Below, one piece after another: positions 12,215 through 23,635 of a DNA stretch of 64,000 nucleotides. Origin of the DNA: an uncultured Planctomycetota bacterium (lineage in GTDB: Bacteria; Planctomycetota; Planctomycetia; Isosphaerales; Isosphaeraceae). The first letter of the stretch is position 1. Each line of letters opens with the position of its first letter. The position numbers and the translations under genes are program-made. Where the stretch lies: contig CAWJTV010000011.1 of assembly GCA_963845755.1 (NCBI GenBank), forward strand, positions 512,001 through 576,000, given 5' to 3'. The notes beneath the pieces are model-generated. The model was not told the DNA's origin. It was given only the letters and a program-made list of their open reading frames with translations, and ran no database searches.

Positions 12215-13449
12215 GTGTATCGAGACGTATTGGCCATCGTCCTGGCCGGGGGTCGGGGATCGCGCCTGGAGCCGCTCACTCGAGACCGAGCCAAGCCGGC
12301 GGTCCCGTTCGGCGGCATCTACCGGATCATCGACTTCACGCTCTCGAACTGCATCAATTCCGACCTGCGCAAGATCCTGGTGCTGACGCAGTACAAGGCG
12401 ACCAGCCTGAACCGGCACATCGACCAGGGGTGGAAGTTCCTCTGCCGCGAGCTGGGCGAGTACATCGAGGTGATCCCGCCGCAGCAGCGGATCGCCGAGA
12501 TGTGGTACCAGGGGACGGCCGACGCGATCTATCAGAATGTGTACACGATCGAGAAGGCGGCGCCCCGGGACACGATGATCCTGGCGGGCGACCACATCTA
12601 CAAGATGAACTACGCGCGGATGATCGATGAACACCGCGCGAAGCAGGCCGACCTGACGATCGCCTGCCTGCCGGTCGCGCGGGCCGAGGCGCGGGAGTTC
12701 GGCGTCATGGGGGTCGACGACGAGAACCAGGTGATGAGCTTCCTGGAGAAGCCGAAGGACCCGCCGGCGATGCCCGGCCACCCCGAGCTGGCGCTGGCCT
12801 CGATGGGGATCTACGTCTTCAACACGGACGTGATGTACGAGCTGCTGTTCCAGGACGCGGCGCGGAAGGAGGCGAGCAACCACGACTTCGGCCGCGACAT
12901 CATCCCGGCCATGCTCGCGGGTGGCTCGCGGGTGATCGCCTATCCGTTCCGCGACGAGAACCGCAAGGGGGGACCGCGTACTGGCGCGATGTCGGCACCC
13001 TGGACGCCTATTTCCAGACCACCATGGACCTGATCCAGATCGACCCGATCTTGAACCTCTACGACCAGGAGTGGCCGATCCACACGTATCAGCCGCCGTA
13101 CCCGCCTCCGAAGTTCGTCCACACCGAGGGCGACCGGCGCGGCGCGGCGTACAATTCGATCGTCTGCCAGGGGGCGATCATCTCGGGAGGCCAGGTCTAC
13201 CGCAGCATCGTCTCGCCGGACGTGCGGGTCCACAGCTACGCCCTGGTCGAGGACGCCATCCTGCTCGACGGGGTCGTGATCGGCCGCAGTGCCCGGGTCC
13301 GCCGCGCCATCATCGACAAGGACGTCCGCGTGCCGGCCCACTTCGAGATCGGCTGGAACCGCGACACCGACGAGGCCCGCGGCTTCATCGTCTCCGATGA
13401 GGGCATCACCGTCGTCGCCAAGGGGGAAGACCTGGAGCGGTTCGGGTGA
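12215..13449 (+). CDS. glgC: Glucose-1-phosphate adenylyltransferase (one frameshift near 12970)
   Basis: LAGGRGSRLEPLTRDRAKPAVPFGGIYRIIDFTLSNCINS, WYQGTADAIYQN, ILAGDHIYKMNY, ASMGIYVF. Confidence 0.97.
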
Positions 13450-13551
13450 GGGCCATTCCGCTCGGATTCTGGTAAAATCGTGACGGGGGCCGAGTGTCCG
13501 TGGACCACCGGATCGCGTCGCTCCCGATGCCCTGTTTCCGGGAGATCCGCC

Positions 13552-13815
13552 ATGTCTGGGACCGTGAGCAAACAAACAATCTTCGATGCCTTGCATCAGG
13601 TCTCGCCGGACCGATGGGGCGACGTATTGGCGTTCATCGAGTCTCTGCGAGCGGTGAACGAACCCGCCCGGGAACCGGAGAAGTGCGCCTTGACGGCCTC
13701 CGAACTCCTCGCGTCCGGCCTGGTCGGGCTTTGGTCCGATCGAACGGACATCGCCGATAGCCGGGAATTCGCCCGCCGGTTGCGACAGCAGGCCCAGACC
13801 CGGAGCCGCGGATGA
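13552..13815 (+). CDS. Putative antitoxin
   Basis: Small ORF overlapping the PIN toxin start (ATGA); 'ASGLVGLWSDRTDIADSREFARRLR' C-terminus. Confidence 0.7.
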   Translation: MSGTVSKQTIFDALHQVSPDRWGDVLAFIESLRAVNEPAREPEKCALTASELLASGLVGLWSDRTDIADSREFARRLRQQAQTRSRG

Positions 13816-14189
13816 TTCTGCTGGATACCGATGTCGCAATCGACATCCTTCGCGGTTTTCCACCGGCCGTGGCGTGGCTCCAGGGGCTCGGCACCTCGGT
13901 CCTCGGCATGCCGGGATTGGTCGTGATGGAACTCGTTCAAGGTTGCCAGAACAAGGCCGAACAACTGCGGGTCGAGCAATTCTGCCTACCGCATCCCCTA
14001 CTCTGGCCCACCCACGCCGACTGTCAGCGCGGCCTGGCGGACTACGTGGCCTTCCACCTGAGTCACGGTGTTGGCCTGCTCGATGTCCTGATTGGTCACA
14101 CAGCGGTCGGCCTGAACGAACCGCTGGCGACCTTCAACGTCAAGCACTACCAGATCATCACGGGGCTGAAGACGGTCCAACCGTATTGA
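13812..14189 (+). CDS. VapC/PIN-domain toxin
   Basis: MILLDTDVAIDILRG...ELVQG...DVLIGHTA...LATFNVKHY PIN pattern. Confidence 0.9.
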   Translation: MILLDTDVAIDILRGFPPAVAWLQGLGTSVLGMPGLVVMELVQGCQNKAEQLRVEQFCLPHPLLWPTHADCQRGLADYVAFHLSHGVGLLDVLIGHTAVGLNEPLATFNVKHYQIITGLKTVQPY

Positions 14190-14228
14190 GGTCGGGGCTA
14201 TCGACGACAGCGCCGCTTCACCGAGGGT

Positions 14229-14261
14229 GGCATCACCGTCGTCGCCAAGGGGAAGACCTGG
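14229..14261 (+). repeat. Direct repeat of the glgC 3' end (13402..13435)
   Basis: GGCATCACCGTCGTCGCCAAGGGG(G)AAGACCTGG in both places, differing by one G in a homopolymer. Confidence 0.9.
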
Positions 14262-14321
14262 TCGACCCGCGGACCGCCGAAGCTCTTGAGAGCGAACAGT
14301 TCGCCGAGAGTCTCGTCGATT

Positions 14322-14918
14322 CTATCGGTCGAAAACTCGGGGTTCAACCGGATGCGATGAGGAAATCCCGCCCTCGGCCCCCGCGGCGGCTTCGAGACGA
14401 TGGCGGTAATGCTCCAGGCCGGGGACGGCCAGGCCGGGCACCTTGGCCGTATCGTCCCAGTGCCGCAGGCGCACGGCGTCGCGATAATACGGGTTGGCCT
14501 CGAATTGCGCGCGCTCCTCGGCCTTCATGGGACCGCCCTGCACGTCGAGGCTGAGGCGCGAGGCGGGCGAGAGGCCCTCGAGGTAGGAGGGATCGACGGC
14601 GCAGAGATATCGCTTGGCGGCGACGTGCAGCCGGATCGGCGCCGTGACCGCGGCCCCGAAGTGCCGGGCCAGCCAGGCGCCGCCGGCCTCCTCGTGGCGA
14701 CCGTCGACCCCGCGCTCGGCGAGGTCCTCGTCCTGGCCGTCCAGCAGGTGCCCCACGTCGTGCAACAACGCCGCCACGATCAAGCGGTCCGGAGCACCTT
14801 CCCGGTCGGCCAGGTCGGCGGCCTGCAGCGCGTGCTCGGCCTGCGACACGGCCTCACCGTGATACGCCGACGCACCCCGGCGGGCGAATAATTCCAGGAT
14901 CTCCTCGACGATATTCAT
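14322..14918 (-). CDS. HD-domain protein, phosphonate-degradation (PhnZ-like) type
   Basis: YHGEAVSQAEHALQAA, AALLHDVGH, HEEAG, LHVAAKRYL, SPASRLSLDVQGGPM, LRHWDDTAK. Confidence 0.85.
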   Translation of the reverse strand: MNIVEEILELFARRGASAYHGEAVSQAEHALQAADLADREGAPDRLIVAALLHDVGHLLDGQDEDLAERGVDGRHEEAGGAWLARHFGAAVTAPIRLHVAAKRYLCAVDPSYLEGLSPASRLSLDVQGGPMKAEERAQFEANPYYRDAVRLRHWDDTAKVPGLAVPGLEHYRHRLEAAAGAEGGISSSHPVEPRVFDR

Positions 14919-14935
14919 TAGTAATATCCTAAATT

Positions 14936-16300
14936 TTAAATATTATCACTGAACTCAAAGCCCAGGTCGCCCTTGACCGAGACCGGTTTCGCCGATCGCG
15001 CCGGCCGGAGCTGGTCGACCAGGAAGAACGCAGCCGCGACGCTCGTCAACAAAGCGACGGCTGCCAACACCCAAAAGACGCCCTGCCAGCCCAGCGTGAC
15101 CGAGCCCTGCGCGATACCGACGCCGGCGAGTGCGCCTCCCAGATAACCGAGTCCATCGATGATCCCGCAGGCGGTCGCGGCGCCACGCTTGCCGCCCAGG
15201 TCGAGCGAGATCGCGCCCGCCAGGTAAGAATACGGCCCGATCAGCAAGAAAGCCACGAGCGAGAGCAGGATCAGGGCCGAGCGCGGCCGTCCCGAGAAGT
15301 CCGCCGTGCCGAGCACGATCAGGGCCAGTCCACAAAGTGTCATCCCGCCCAGGATCACCGCCGCGCGGCCGCCGCGGCCGAAGCGGTCGCCCAGAATCCC
15401 CGCGGCGATGACCGAGATCCCGCCGAAGAGGGGGAACAGGCTGCTCAGTCCGGCGCCCGAACCCTTGCTCAGGCCGACCCCTTCCACCAGGTAGGTCGGC
15501 GTCCAGTTGTTGAACGTCTCACGCAACAAGGTCATGCCGACCGACATGAAGCACACGATCCAGAAGGCAGGGCTCCGCGCCATCGTGTCGAAGAGCGGAC
15601 CGGCCGCATCGGGATTCGGGTCCTCGCCGAGCGCGCCGAACAGGTTGCCGGGATTCGACGGCGGCTCGGGCAGGCCGAGGTCCTTGGGCGACTCGCGAAT
15701 CCAGGCCACGTTGAGGATCCAGAGGCCGGCCAGGACGCCCGCCGCGACCCAGAAGACGCCCCGCCAGCCCAGCCCGGCGCCGATCAGCCGTGCCATGAAG
15801 GCGCGCGCCACCGCGTCGCCGAACAGGAAGCTCAGGCTGATGACGCCCATCACCGTGCCGTATCGCGAATAGGAGAACCAGCGTGAGGTGATCTTGATCA
15901 TCCCCGGCCAGCCCAGCGACTGGATCAGTCGGTTGGCGGACCAGGCGAGGGTGAAGACCGGCAGCGAGCCCCCCATCGCGAACAGCATCGTGCAGGCGAT
16001 CGCGCCGGCCATGCTGATCAGGTAGTTCCGGCGCCCGCCCAGCAGGTTGACCAGTCCTCCCGCGAAGAACTTGCCCAGCGCGTAGCCCAGCGTGCCCAGC
16101 GTGATCACCCAGCCGAGCCAGACCTTCGCCGAGTTCCGCTCGATCCCGCGCACCGCCAGGTCGTCGATGATCAAGGGGAGCGTGACCGACAGGTTCGACC
16201 GGCAGAGGTAGAACCCCGAATAACCCAGCACCATCAGCCCCACCATGAGGATCTGCCAGGTCCTCAATCGATCCGCGGTCGGGGTCATGGTCTGAGTCAT
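14936..16300 (-). CDS. MFS transporter, GlpT/UhpT (organophosphate:Pi antiporter)-like
   Basis: GYSGFYLCRSNLS, QSLGWPG, RYGTVMG, GIIDGLGYLG; many hydrophobic segments. Confidence 0.85.
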   Translation of the reverse strand: MTQTMTPTADRLRTWQILMVGLMVLGYSGFYLCRSNLSVTLPLIIDDLAVRGIERNSAKVWLGWVITLGTLGYALGKFFAGGLVNLLGGRRNYLISMAGAIACTMLFAMGGSLPVFTLAWSANRLIQSLGWPGMIKITSRWFSYSRYGTVMGVISLSFLFGDAVARAFMARLIGAGLGWRGVFWVAAGVLAGLWILNVAWIRESPKDLGLPEPPSNPGNLFGALGEDPNPDAAGPLFDTMARSPAFWIVCFMSVGMTLLRETFNNWTPTYLVEGVGLSKGSGAGLSSLFPLFGGISVIAAGILGDRFGRGGRAAVILGGMTLCGLALIVLGTADFSGRPRSALILLSLVAFLLIGPYSYLAGAISLDLGGKRGAATACGIIDGLGYLGGALAGVGIAQGSVTLGWQGVFWVLAAVALLTSVAAAFFLVDQLRPARSAKPVSVKGDLGFEFSDNI

Positions 16301-16530
16301 GGCCGGAGCCTCCTCTTCCCGAAGTCTAACATAGGCGGCGACGGACGACGATGTCGCATCATGAGTCAGAGACCCGGTCGAATCGCGACCACAGGCCGCT
16401 CGCGACGAAGTCCCGGGGCCGTGCCGGCTTGCACCGGCCGGTCCCCGAGACTCGGCTGTCTTCGCCATCCATCCCCCGCATCATCGGGGCGGCGAGGGCG
16501 ATCTGGGCAGCCTGCGCCTCGATCAATCAA

Positions 16531-17671
16531 TCAATACTGGTCAGAACTGACGATCTCGCCGCCGGAGCGAGTGATCATGTAGACGACAACCCGAGGGTCC
16601 ACGGTTTCCTTGAAGAAGTGGACCGACCCGTCGGCGAAGAGCATGTTGGCACCGCCGGGGTGGAACGAGTAGATCTCGTTGTTGCTGGTGCAGTTGATCA
16701 GGCAGATGCCGTTACCGCGGATGCCGTTGGAGGAGGACCCGTCGAGGTGGGCGTAGGAGAACGGGTCGGCCCAGGCGCCGCCGCCGCCGTTGACCGGGTT
16801 GATCACGCCGTCGACCGGTCCGTTCTGATTGTAGATCGTGCGGGAGTGGTTGTAACCGATGGGTCGGCCTGCGCCCTCGGCGATCATCACGGTGTTCGAC
16901 GTACCGTCGGTGATGCTGGCGATCCGGACGTGCGCGATCGGCGTGTTGACCAACCCGGTGGTCGGGTTGCCGGTCGAGATGTCGCAGATGGCCCCGCTGT
17001 CGGCGTTTGTGAGCGCCGTTGGCGGCGGCCTGGGAGTAGCCCAGGCTCAGCAGCAGGCTGGTGTGGAAGCCCGGTGTGGCGAAGTAATCCGTCCGGCCCC
17101 ACTCCTGGTCGGGCGGGTTGGGGACGGGGTTGCCGTGACCGTTGCCGAATCCGCTCCAGACGGTATTGTAGTAATTGATCCTGCCGGGGGCGGGCGACGA
17201 GGGGCAGAGGAACCCGTTGATCGTGATGGAGTACGCCGAGTTCTGGCCGACTCCGGGAAAGAGCCCCCCCGAGCCGCCAACGGCCGGCGGCACGTTCATC
17301 TGGTCGAGCGCCGCCAGGTTGAAATTGATCATGTTGTAGACGTTCTGTTGCTCCATGAACGGGAGGATCCGGGTGAAATTGCCCGCATTCTCCTGGTTGG
17401 AGCTGAAGACGGCCGAGGGATCGGAGTCGGGCAGGTAGGGGGGCACGAGGTAGTCGACATCGGGCGGCATCCAGCCGTTGATCGACTCGAAGTTCAGCGT
17501 GCCCAGGCCGATCTGCTTCATGTTGTTGACGCACTGGGCGCGGCGGGCGGCCTCGCGGGCCGATTGCACCGCGGGCAGCAGCAGGGCGATCAGGACCGCG
17601 ATGATCGCGATCACCACCAGGAGCTCGATCAAGGTGAAGGCCCGGCGGGGCCCCGTACGGACGCGGGTCAT
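16531..17671 (-). CDS. DUF1559 prepilin-type protein with H-X9-DG C-terminus (frameshift near 17000)
   Basis: [72 protein letters not shown]. Confidence 0.93.
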
Positions 17672-17772
17672 GGTGTGTACTCCTATTAGATGAGGGTTCG
17701 ATGCCGGAATTGAGGATGCGGGCACCCGAATGTGGCCACATCGGATCGACGGAGTTGATGGATCGAGTCGCG

Positions 17773-18291
17773 TCACTTGAGCGTGATTTCGAGGGTACCC
17801 AGGTCGGTGGAACCGGGTTTGATCTCGGCCTTGAGCTGGGGCTTGCTCGAGTCGGAGTACCGGCCCTTCAGGCGATCGGAGGGGACCGGGTCGAGCTTGT
17901 CGTGCTTGGCCACGACGACCTGCTTGCCCCCGACTCGTTGCGATCTTGGTCTTGCCGCCGGCGTCGGCCGCCGCGGAGTCGTCCGGCTCGGGCCACTGGA
18001 CAAGCACGTTGTACTTGCCGGGTGCAGCCCCGCGGCCCAGCGAGGCACTCTCGACGATGAAGGACCCGTCGTCGCCGACGGTCGCCGACGGGATGACGCC
18101 CGCCGCCGTGGTCGGGGCGCGGGCTCGCCGGGTTGGCGGTGGAATAACAGGATGGCCCCGGCCGCCGGCTGGCCGTCGCAGACGACCTTGCCCGTCACCG
18201 GCGCCAGGCCCTCGGCCGTCCCTCCGCACGAGGCGAGTGTCAGCGCCAGGGCCGGCACCACGATCACAGCAACCCGGAAACGAATCATCAT
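17773..18291 (-). CDS. Putative lipoprotein typical of DUF1559 gene pairs (frameshifted)
   Basis: LASCGG lipobox; [39 protein letters not shown]. Confidence 0.8.
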   Translation of the reverse strand: MMIRFRVAVIVVPALALTLASCGGTAEGLAPVTGKVVCDGQPAAGAILLFHRQPGEPAPRPRRRASSRRRPSATTGPSSSRVPRWAAGLHPASTTCLSSGPSRTTPRRPTPAARPRSQRVGGKQVVVAKHDKLDPVPSDRLKGRYSDSSKPQLKAEIKPGSTDLGTLEITLK

Positions 18292-18615
18292 TTCGCCTCC
18301 TCACCGGGCCTAACCAAAGGCCCGGACCTCTCGCGTGTCCATGCCGCATACTGTATATACAGATTCGTCTCACGAACGAGAATGATTGTCGCCTCTATCG
18401 CTCCGTACGCAAGTGAATAATCGATGAATTCCCCGCATTAATTCGAAGAAGGGATGGTCACTGACGTGCAAACGTGATGGGACCGTTCGGAATTTCGAGC
18501 AAGAATCTGCGCTACACAGTTGTGCCTGGAACCCTTTTCGGCTACGATTGAGCCGGTTTCGATTCGAGTGATGGGGCTTGGGGTTGGGGTGTGTCCGAAC
18601 GGACTAGGGGGGTCG

Positions 18616-19735
18616 ATGTCATCCGCAACGTTGCCGAAATATCTGGATATTGCCCGCGCGATCGAGTCGCAGGTCGCGGGGCGGGACGGCGCCAAGGTGC
18701 CGAGCTCGCGGGAGGTCGCCGCGGCGTATGGCGTCTCGGTGGTCACGGCGTCGCGGGCGATCCAGGTGCTCAGGGACAAGGGGCTGATCCGGACGGTGGA
18801 ACGATCGGGCAGCTTCGTGACGCCGGCCGCGGCGGCCGAGAGTGCGGAGCGTCTTGCGCTGGTCCAGCGGAGCACGCCCGGGCCCGGCTTACCACGCGAG
18901 CCTCGCGTTCGTGCAGGCGGGGTTCGCGGCCCTGCGCGCAGGAGGGAATCAAGGTCGAGCACGATCGCTTCCACTTCGACGAGGCGACGCGCCCGGCCGA
19001 CTTGCGGCGGCAGGCCCGTCGCGCGGCCGAGGACGGGATCTCGGGCTTGATCTTCATGCCGTCGCGCTACGAGGACGACGGCCACGCGGCAGGACGAGGC
19101 GTTCCTCCGCGCCTGCCGGCGAGGCGGGGATCGTCGTCGTGCTGATCGAGCGCAACCTCCGCGGCCTCGCCCGCCCGCTCGAATACGACCTCGTCGCGGC
19201 TGACGACCTGGACGGCGGGCTGCGATGCACGCAGCACCTGCTCGACCAGGGGCGGCGACAGATTGCGTTCCTCACCGGATCGCCCACCAGCAGCCACGAA
19301 GCTCGCCTGGCCGGCTATCTCGCTGCGCTGCACCACGCCGGCCGCGGCCGCGATCCGCTCGTGCTCGAGCAGCCCTCGGGTCTGGCCACCAAGGAATCGT
19401 ACGCCAAGCTGGCTGACCGCGTCCTGGCGCAGCTGCCGACGGCGTCGTCTGCTACCAGGACTACACCGCGCTGGGATTGATCCTCGAGTTGCTCAACTCG
19501 GGGCGTCCGCGTGCCGGCCGACGTCGCCGTCACCGGCTTCGACAACCTACCGATCGGCAAGGCCTACTCGATCGGCGTGACGACGTATGCGTTCTCGTCC
19601 GAGTCGGTCGCCCGCCAGGCCACCCGGCTGATCCGGGCCGGCGTCGCCGGCGACACGGGGCCGCCGGTCAAGGTGCTGATCCCCGGCGAGCTCATCGTCC
19701 GCGAGAGCAGCCAACCGTCAGATCCGAAGGCATGA
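18616..19735 (+). CDS. GntR N-terminal / LacI-type sensor-domain transcriptional regulator (frameshifted)
   Basis: KYLDIA...VPSSREVAAAYGVSVVTASRAIQVLRDKGLI; HLLDQGRRQIAFL; PADVAVTGFDN; ELIVRESS. Confidence 0.85.
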
Positions 19736-19785
19736 GCGGGCCATGCCTGAAGCCCGTCGGCGGCACACTTAGCAGAGGACCGCCC

Positions 19786-22309
19786 ATGACCGGCAACGAG
19801 ATCGAAAGCGCGTTCGCGGTGCTTTGGCCTCCTGGCACTCGTGGCCGTCGCCGCGGGCATGGCGCGCTAGAGCCCGGTGTGGATGGGCCGCCAGACCGAC
19901 GGCAGCTTCCTCGTCTCCTCGGGCCAGCGGATCGAGGCGGGCTCGATCGCCTTCAACGGCCGGCCGATCGACCTGGCGGTGCATCCCCGCGACGAGGTCT
20001 TCGCCGTCCTGAACAAGTCCGAGGTCTTCCTGGCCGATCACGACGGGCGTCGGGCGGGGCGCAGGGTCTCGCTCTCCACCTCGGGAGGGCGAGACCTCGG
20101 CCGGGTTTCGCGGCCTCGTCTGGTCGCCCGACGGCACGCGGCTCTTCGCCAGCACCGATCGCGGCCATGTCCAGGCATTCACCTATGAGAGCGGCAAGCT
20201 CGAGGGCGCGGCGCCGCATCCGCATCCAGCCCGACGGGGACAACGAGAACCCGGTTCCCGGCGGGATGGCGATCACCCGCGACGGCACGCGACTGTTCGT
20301 GGCCGCGGCCAACCGCAACGCGGTCGCCGAGGTCGATCTCGACCACGAACGCGTCGTCCGCGAGTACCCGGTGCAGACCCTGCCGTACGAGCCGAGGCTC
20401 TCGGAAGACGAGCGGACGCTGGTCGTCAGCAACTGGGGCGGCCGGCTGCCGAAGCCCGGCGACCGGACCGCCAAGAGCCAGGATCTCGACATCGTGGTTG
20501 ACGACCGCAGGGGCCCCGGCGTCGGGGACGGTCAGCCTGATCGATCGCGCAGACCGGCGCAACCCGGCACGTCGCGGTCGGCATCCATCCCACGGCGATC
20601 GTCGTGCGAAGGCCGGCTGCGCCTACGTCGCCAACGCCATGAGCGACTCGATCAGCGAGATCGATCTCGACGCCGGCCAGGTCACGCGGACGATTCCCCT
20701 CCGCTGGGGATCGCTCCGCGTGCTCGGCGGCATGCCCAATGCGCTGGCCTTGCGCGGCGACACGCTCTATGTCGCCGACGGCGGCGACAACGCGCTGGCC
20801 GAGATCGACCTGGCCAGCGGGCAGGTCCGCGGGTTCCGCCACGCCGGGTATTTCCCCACGGCGGTGGCCTTCAGCCGCGACGGCAAGTCGGCCTTCGTAC
20901 TCAACACCAAGGGGAACGGCTCGGTGAGCAAGACCTCGCTCGGCAAGCCGGGCAATGCCCACGACTTTCAGGGCACGGTGACCATCGTCGACCTGGCGGC
21001 GGACCTGGTGAAGCGAGACCGAGCTCGTCGCCCGCAACAACCGATGGGAAGTGCAAACCCAGGCCGGCCGCCGCTGAAGGTCTACAACGGCGGGATCAAG
21101 CACGTCCTCTACATCATCAAGGAGAACCGCACCTACGACGAGGTCTTCGGCGACCTGCCCATCGGCAACGGCGACCCGAAGCTGTGCAGCCTCGGCGAGA
21201 CGATCATGCCCAACCACCGCAAGATCGTTCGCGAGTTCACCCTGTTCGACAACGGCTATGTCTGCGGGACCAACAGCGCCGACGGTCACGCCTGGTCGAC
21301 CCAGTGCCTGGCCAACGACTATCTCGAGCACTTCTACGTCGGCTACTCGCGCACCTACCCCGACGACGGCGACTGCGCCATGTCGATCTCCAACGGCGGC
21401 GCCCTGTGGGACGCCGCGCTCGAAGAAAGAGCGATCGGTCCGCGTCTGGGGCGAGTTCTGCGACGACAAGCTCGCGACCTACGACCCCAAGCCGAAGGAC
21501 TGGTTCGAGCTCTGGGAGGACCGAAAGTCAAGGGGACCCACCGGTTCAAGTTCACCGCCGACACCACGGTCGCCAGCCTCAAGCCGCTGATCAACCGCGA
21601 GGTCCACTACTGGCCGCTGCTCCAGAGCGACCAGTTCCGCGCCGATGTGTTTATCCGGGAATACGAGGAGTTCAGCCGGCAGGACAAGCGATGCCCGACC
21701 TGATGATCATGAGCCTGCCCTGCGACCATACCGAGGGAACCAACCCGAAGTATCCGACGCCCCGCGCGATGATGGCCGACAACGACCTGGCGCTGGGCCG
21801 GGTGGTCGAGGCCGTATCGAAGAGCCCGCAGTGGAAGGAGACGTGCATCTTCGTCGTCGAGGACGATGCCCAGTCGGGCCCCGACCACGTCGACGGCCAT
21901 CGCACCGTCTTCATGGCGATCAGTCCGTACAACCGCCGCAAGACGGTCGACTCGACGTTTTACACCCAGACGAACATGATCCGGTCGATCGAGATGATGC
22001 TGGGCCTCGACCCGATGAACAAGTTCGACTCGGTCGCCGACCCGATGGTCGCATGCTTCAGCGACCAGCTCGACCTGACGCCCTATCGCCCGGTGGCCGA
22101 ACAACGTGCCGCTCGACGAACGAAACCCCTCGGGCGCGGCCATGACCGACGCCGATCGCTACTGGCTGGAGAAGACCCTGTCGCTCGACTGGAGCCACCT
22201 CGACGCGCCCGACCCCTACTGGATGAACCGGATCACCTGGTACAGCCTCTTCAAGGGAACGCGCGAATACCCCGCGCGGCCGGGCGAGGGGCCCGGGATG
22301 CGCTCATGA
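19786..22309 (+). CDS. YncE-like beta-propeller plus phosphoesterase / alkaline-phosphatase-superfamily protein (multiple frameshifts)
   Basis: YVANAMSDSISEID repeats; IKHVLYIIKENRTYDEVFGD; NSADGHAW; EDDAQSGPDHVDGHRT. Confidence 0.85.
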
Positions 22310-22435
22310 CGACGATGACGACGATGACGAGCCCGGACATTGAAGACTGTCCGCGCCGGTCGCGGCGTCCGCCGTCCCGGGCGCCGGGGACGGTCTCCCA
22401 AATCGAGTAGCATGGGGGAACCGAGGAATTCTCGC

Positions 22436-22973
22436 ATGGGTTACTACTGCGTTTACACCCAGATTCCTGAGGGAACCCTCATGGACCTGGACGAGTCCGA
22501 GGTTTCGACTCTCATCGAGCAGGCGGGTGCGCCAGACAGCCGCGGGACCTCGTTATCGGTCCTGAAGTTGTACGAATCGCCGGGCATGCGGAACGAGTTG
22601 CCCCCGCCAGTGAGCCTGGAAAAAATGTGGCTGGCGCTCCATCACCTCCTGACGGGCGAGTTTCGGTCCGTGGCCTCGCCTCTCTCGCGTGCCATCCTCG
22701 GCGGAAAGACGGTCGGTGGCGGTTGCGCGCCGTTGTCTCTGGGCGGACGAGGTTTGTGAGATCGCGTCCGCGCTTTCCGCGCTGACGCACGAGGAGCTCC
22801 AGCGACGCTATGATCCGGCAAGCCTCAAGGCGGGTTGGCCCGAAACGCCAGTTGATGAGACCGAGGATGATGAACAGGTTTTCGGGGAACTGGTCGGCTA
22901 CTTCGACCTGCTTGTCACCTACTACCGATTGGCCGCGGCACGAGGGAACGCCCTGCTGATCGGCATCGTCTGA
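22436..22973 (+). CDS. YfbM/DUF1877-like protein (frameshifted)
   Basis: SLEKMWLALHHLLTG...AILGG...EVCEIASAL...RRYDP...YYRLAAARGNALL. Confidence 0.7.
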
Positions 22974-23027
22974 GTCGAACGGCTCGAATCTCGAGCTCCC
23001 ACGGCGCCGGCCCAATGCGACGCCTCG

Positions 23028-23355
23028 ACTCGAGCCCCAGATCGTCGTGTGTGCCGGTCCGGCCCAGGATCAAATCACCGGCCTTCCGCTTGTAGATCAG
23101 GACCCAGTCCGGTTCCACATGGCAATCCCGCCAACCCTTCCAATCGCCTTTCAAGCCATGATCTCTGTGCCTCGCGTCCAAGGGACGATGATGGCACAGC
23201 GACTCGATGATCGCGCGAAGCTTGTCCATATCCTTGCCGCGCCGCCTCTGACGCTCCACGTCTTGCCGAAATTTGGTGGTCGGCTTCGCCACGAGAGGCG
23301 GGGGCGGTGGTGGCGGCTCGGGAGTTGAGGTCTTCTTCGACTTGCGCCTGGCCAC
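23028..23355 (-). CDS. YafQ-family (RelE superfamily) toxin; 3' end uncertain, ORF reads on to 22915
   Basis: TTKFRQD...LDARHRDHGLKGDWKGWRDCHVEPDWVLIY...RTGTHDDL. Confidence 0.88.
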
Positions 23356-23356
23356 A

Positions 23357-23635
23357 TCAAATACCCAGGTCCTCGAACATGGCTTCCAGGCTCGGATAGT
23401 CGAGCAGGTTCTTGCCGGCATCGGCGTCGCGCAGGACCTGGGCGGTTTCCGCGTTGAAGGGAGCATCCTTCTCACGCGGCGCCTTCCTGCTGGCTTTCGG
23501 CTTAGACTCGCCCTTGGCAACCGCCCCCGGCCCGTTCGATCCGGTCCCCTCGGGCTTGGCCTTCTTCGGAGAAACTTTCTTGGGAGTGAGTGCCTCGCCC
23601 TTCGATCGCTTGGGCGTCAGCTTGTCCGTAGCCAT
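23357..23635 (-). CDS. Putative antitoxin with DinJ/RelB-like C-terminus and Lys/Pro-rich N-terminus
   Basis: PFNAETAQVLRDADAGKNLLDYPSLEAMFEDL; immediately upstream of the YafQ-like toxin. Confidence 0.75.
   Translation of the reverse strand: MATDKLTPKRSKGEALTPKKVSPKKAKPEGTGSNGPGAVAKGESKPKASRKAPREKDAPFNAETAQVLRDADAGKNLLDYPSLEAMFEDLGI

Noticed and set aside
18351..18362. LexA/SOS box (CTGTATATACAG)
   Set aside because: Spacing is shorter than CTG-N10-CAG. It may be an operator for the adjacent GntR/LacI regulator, but this is unsupported.
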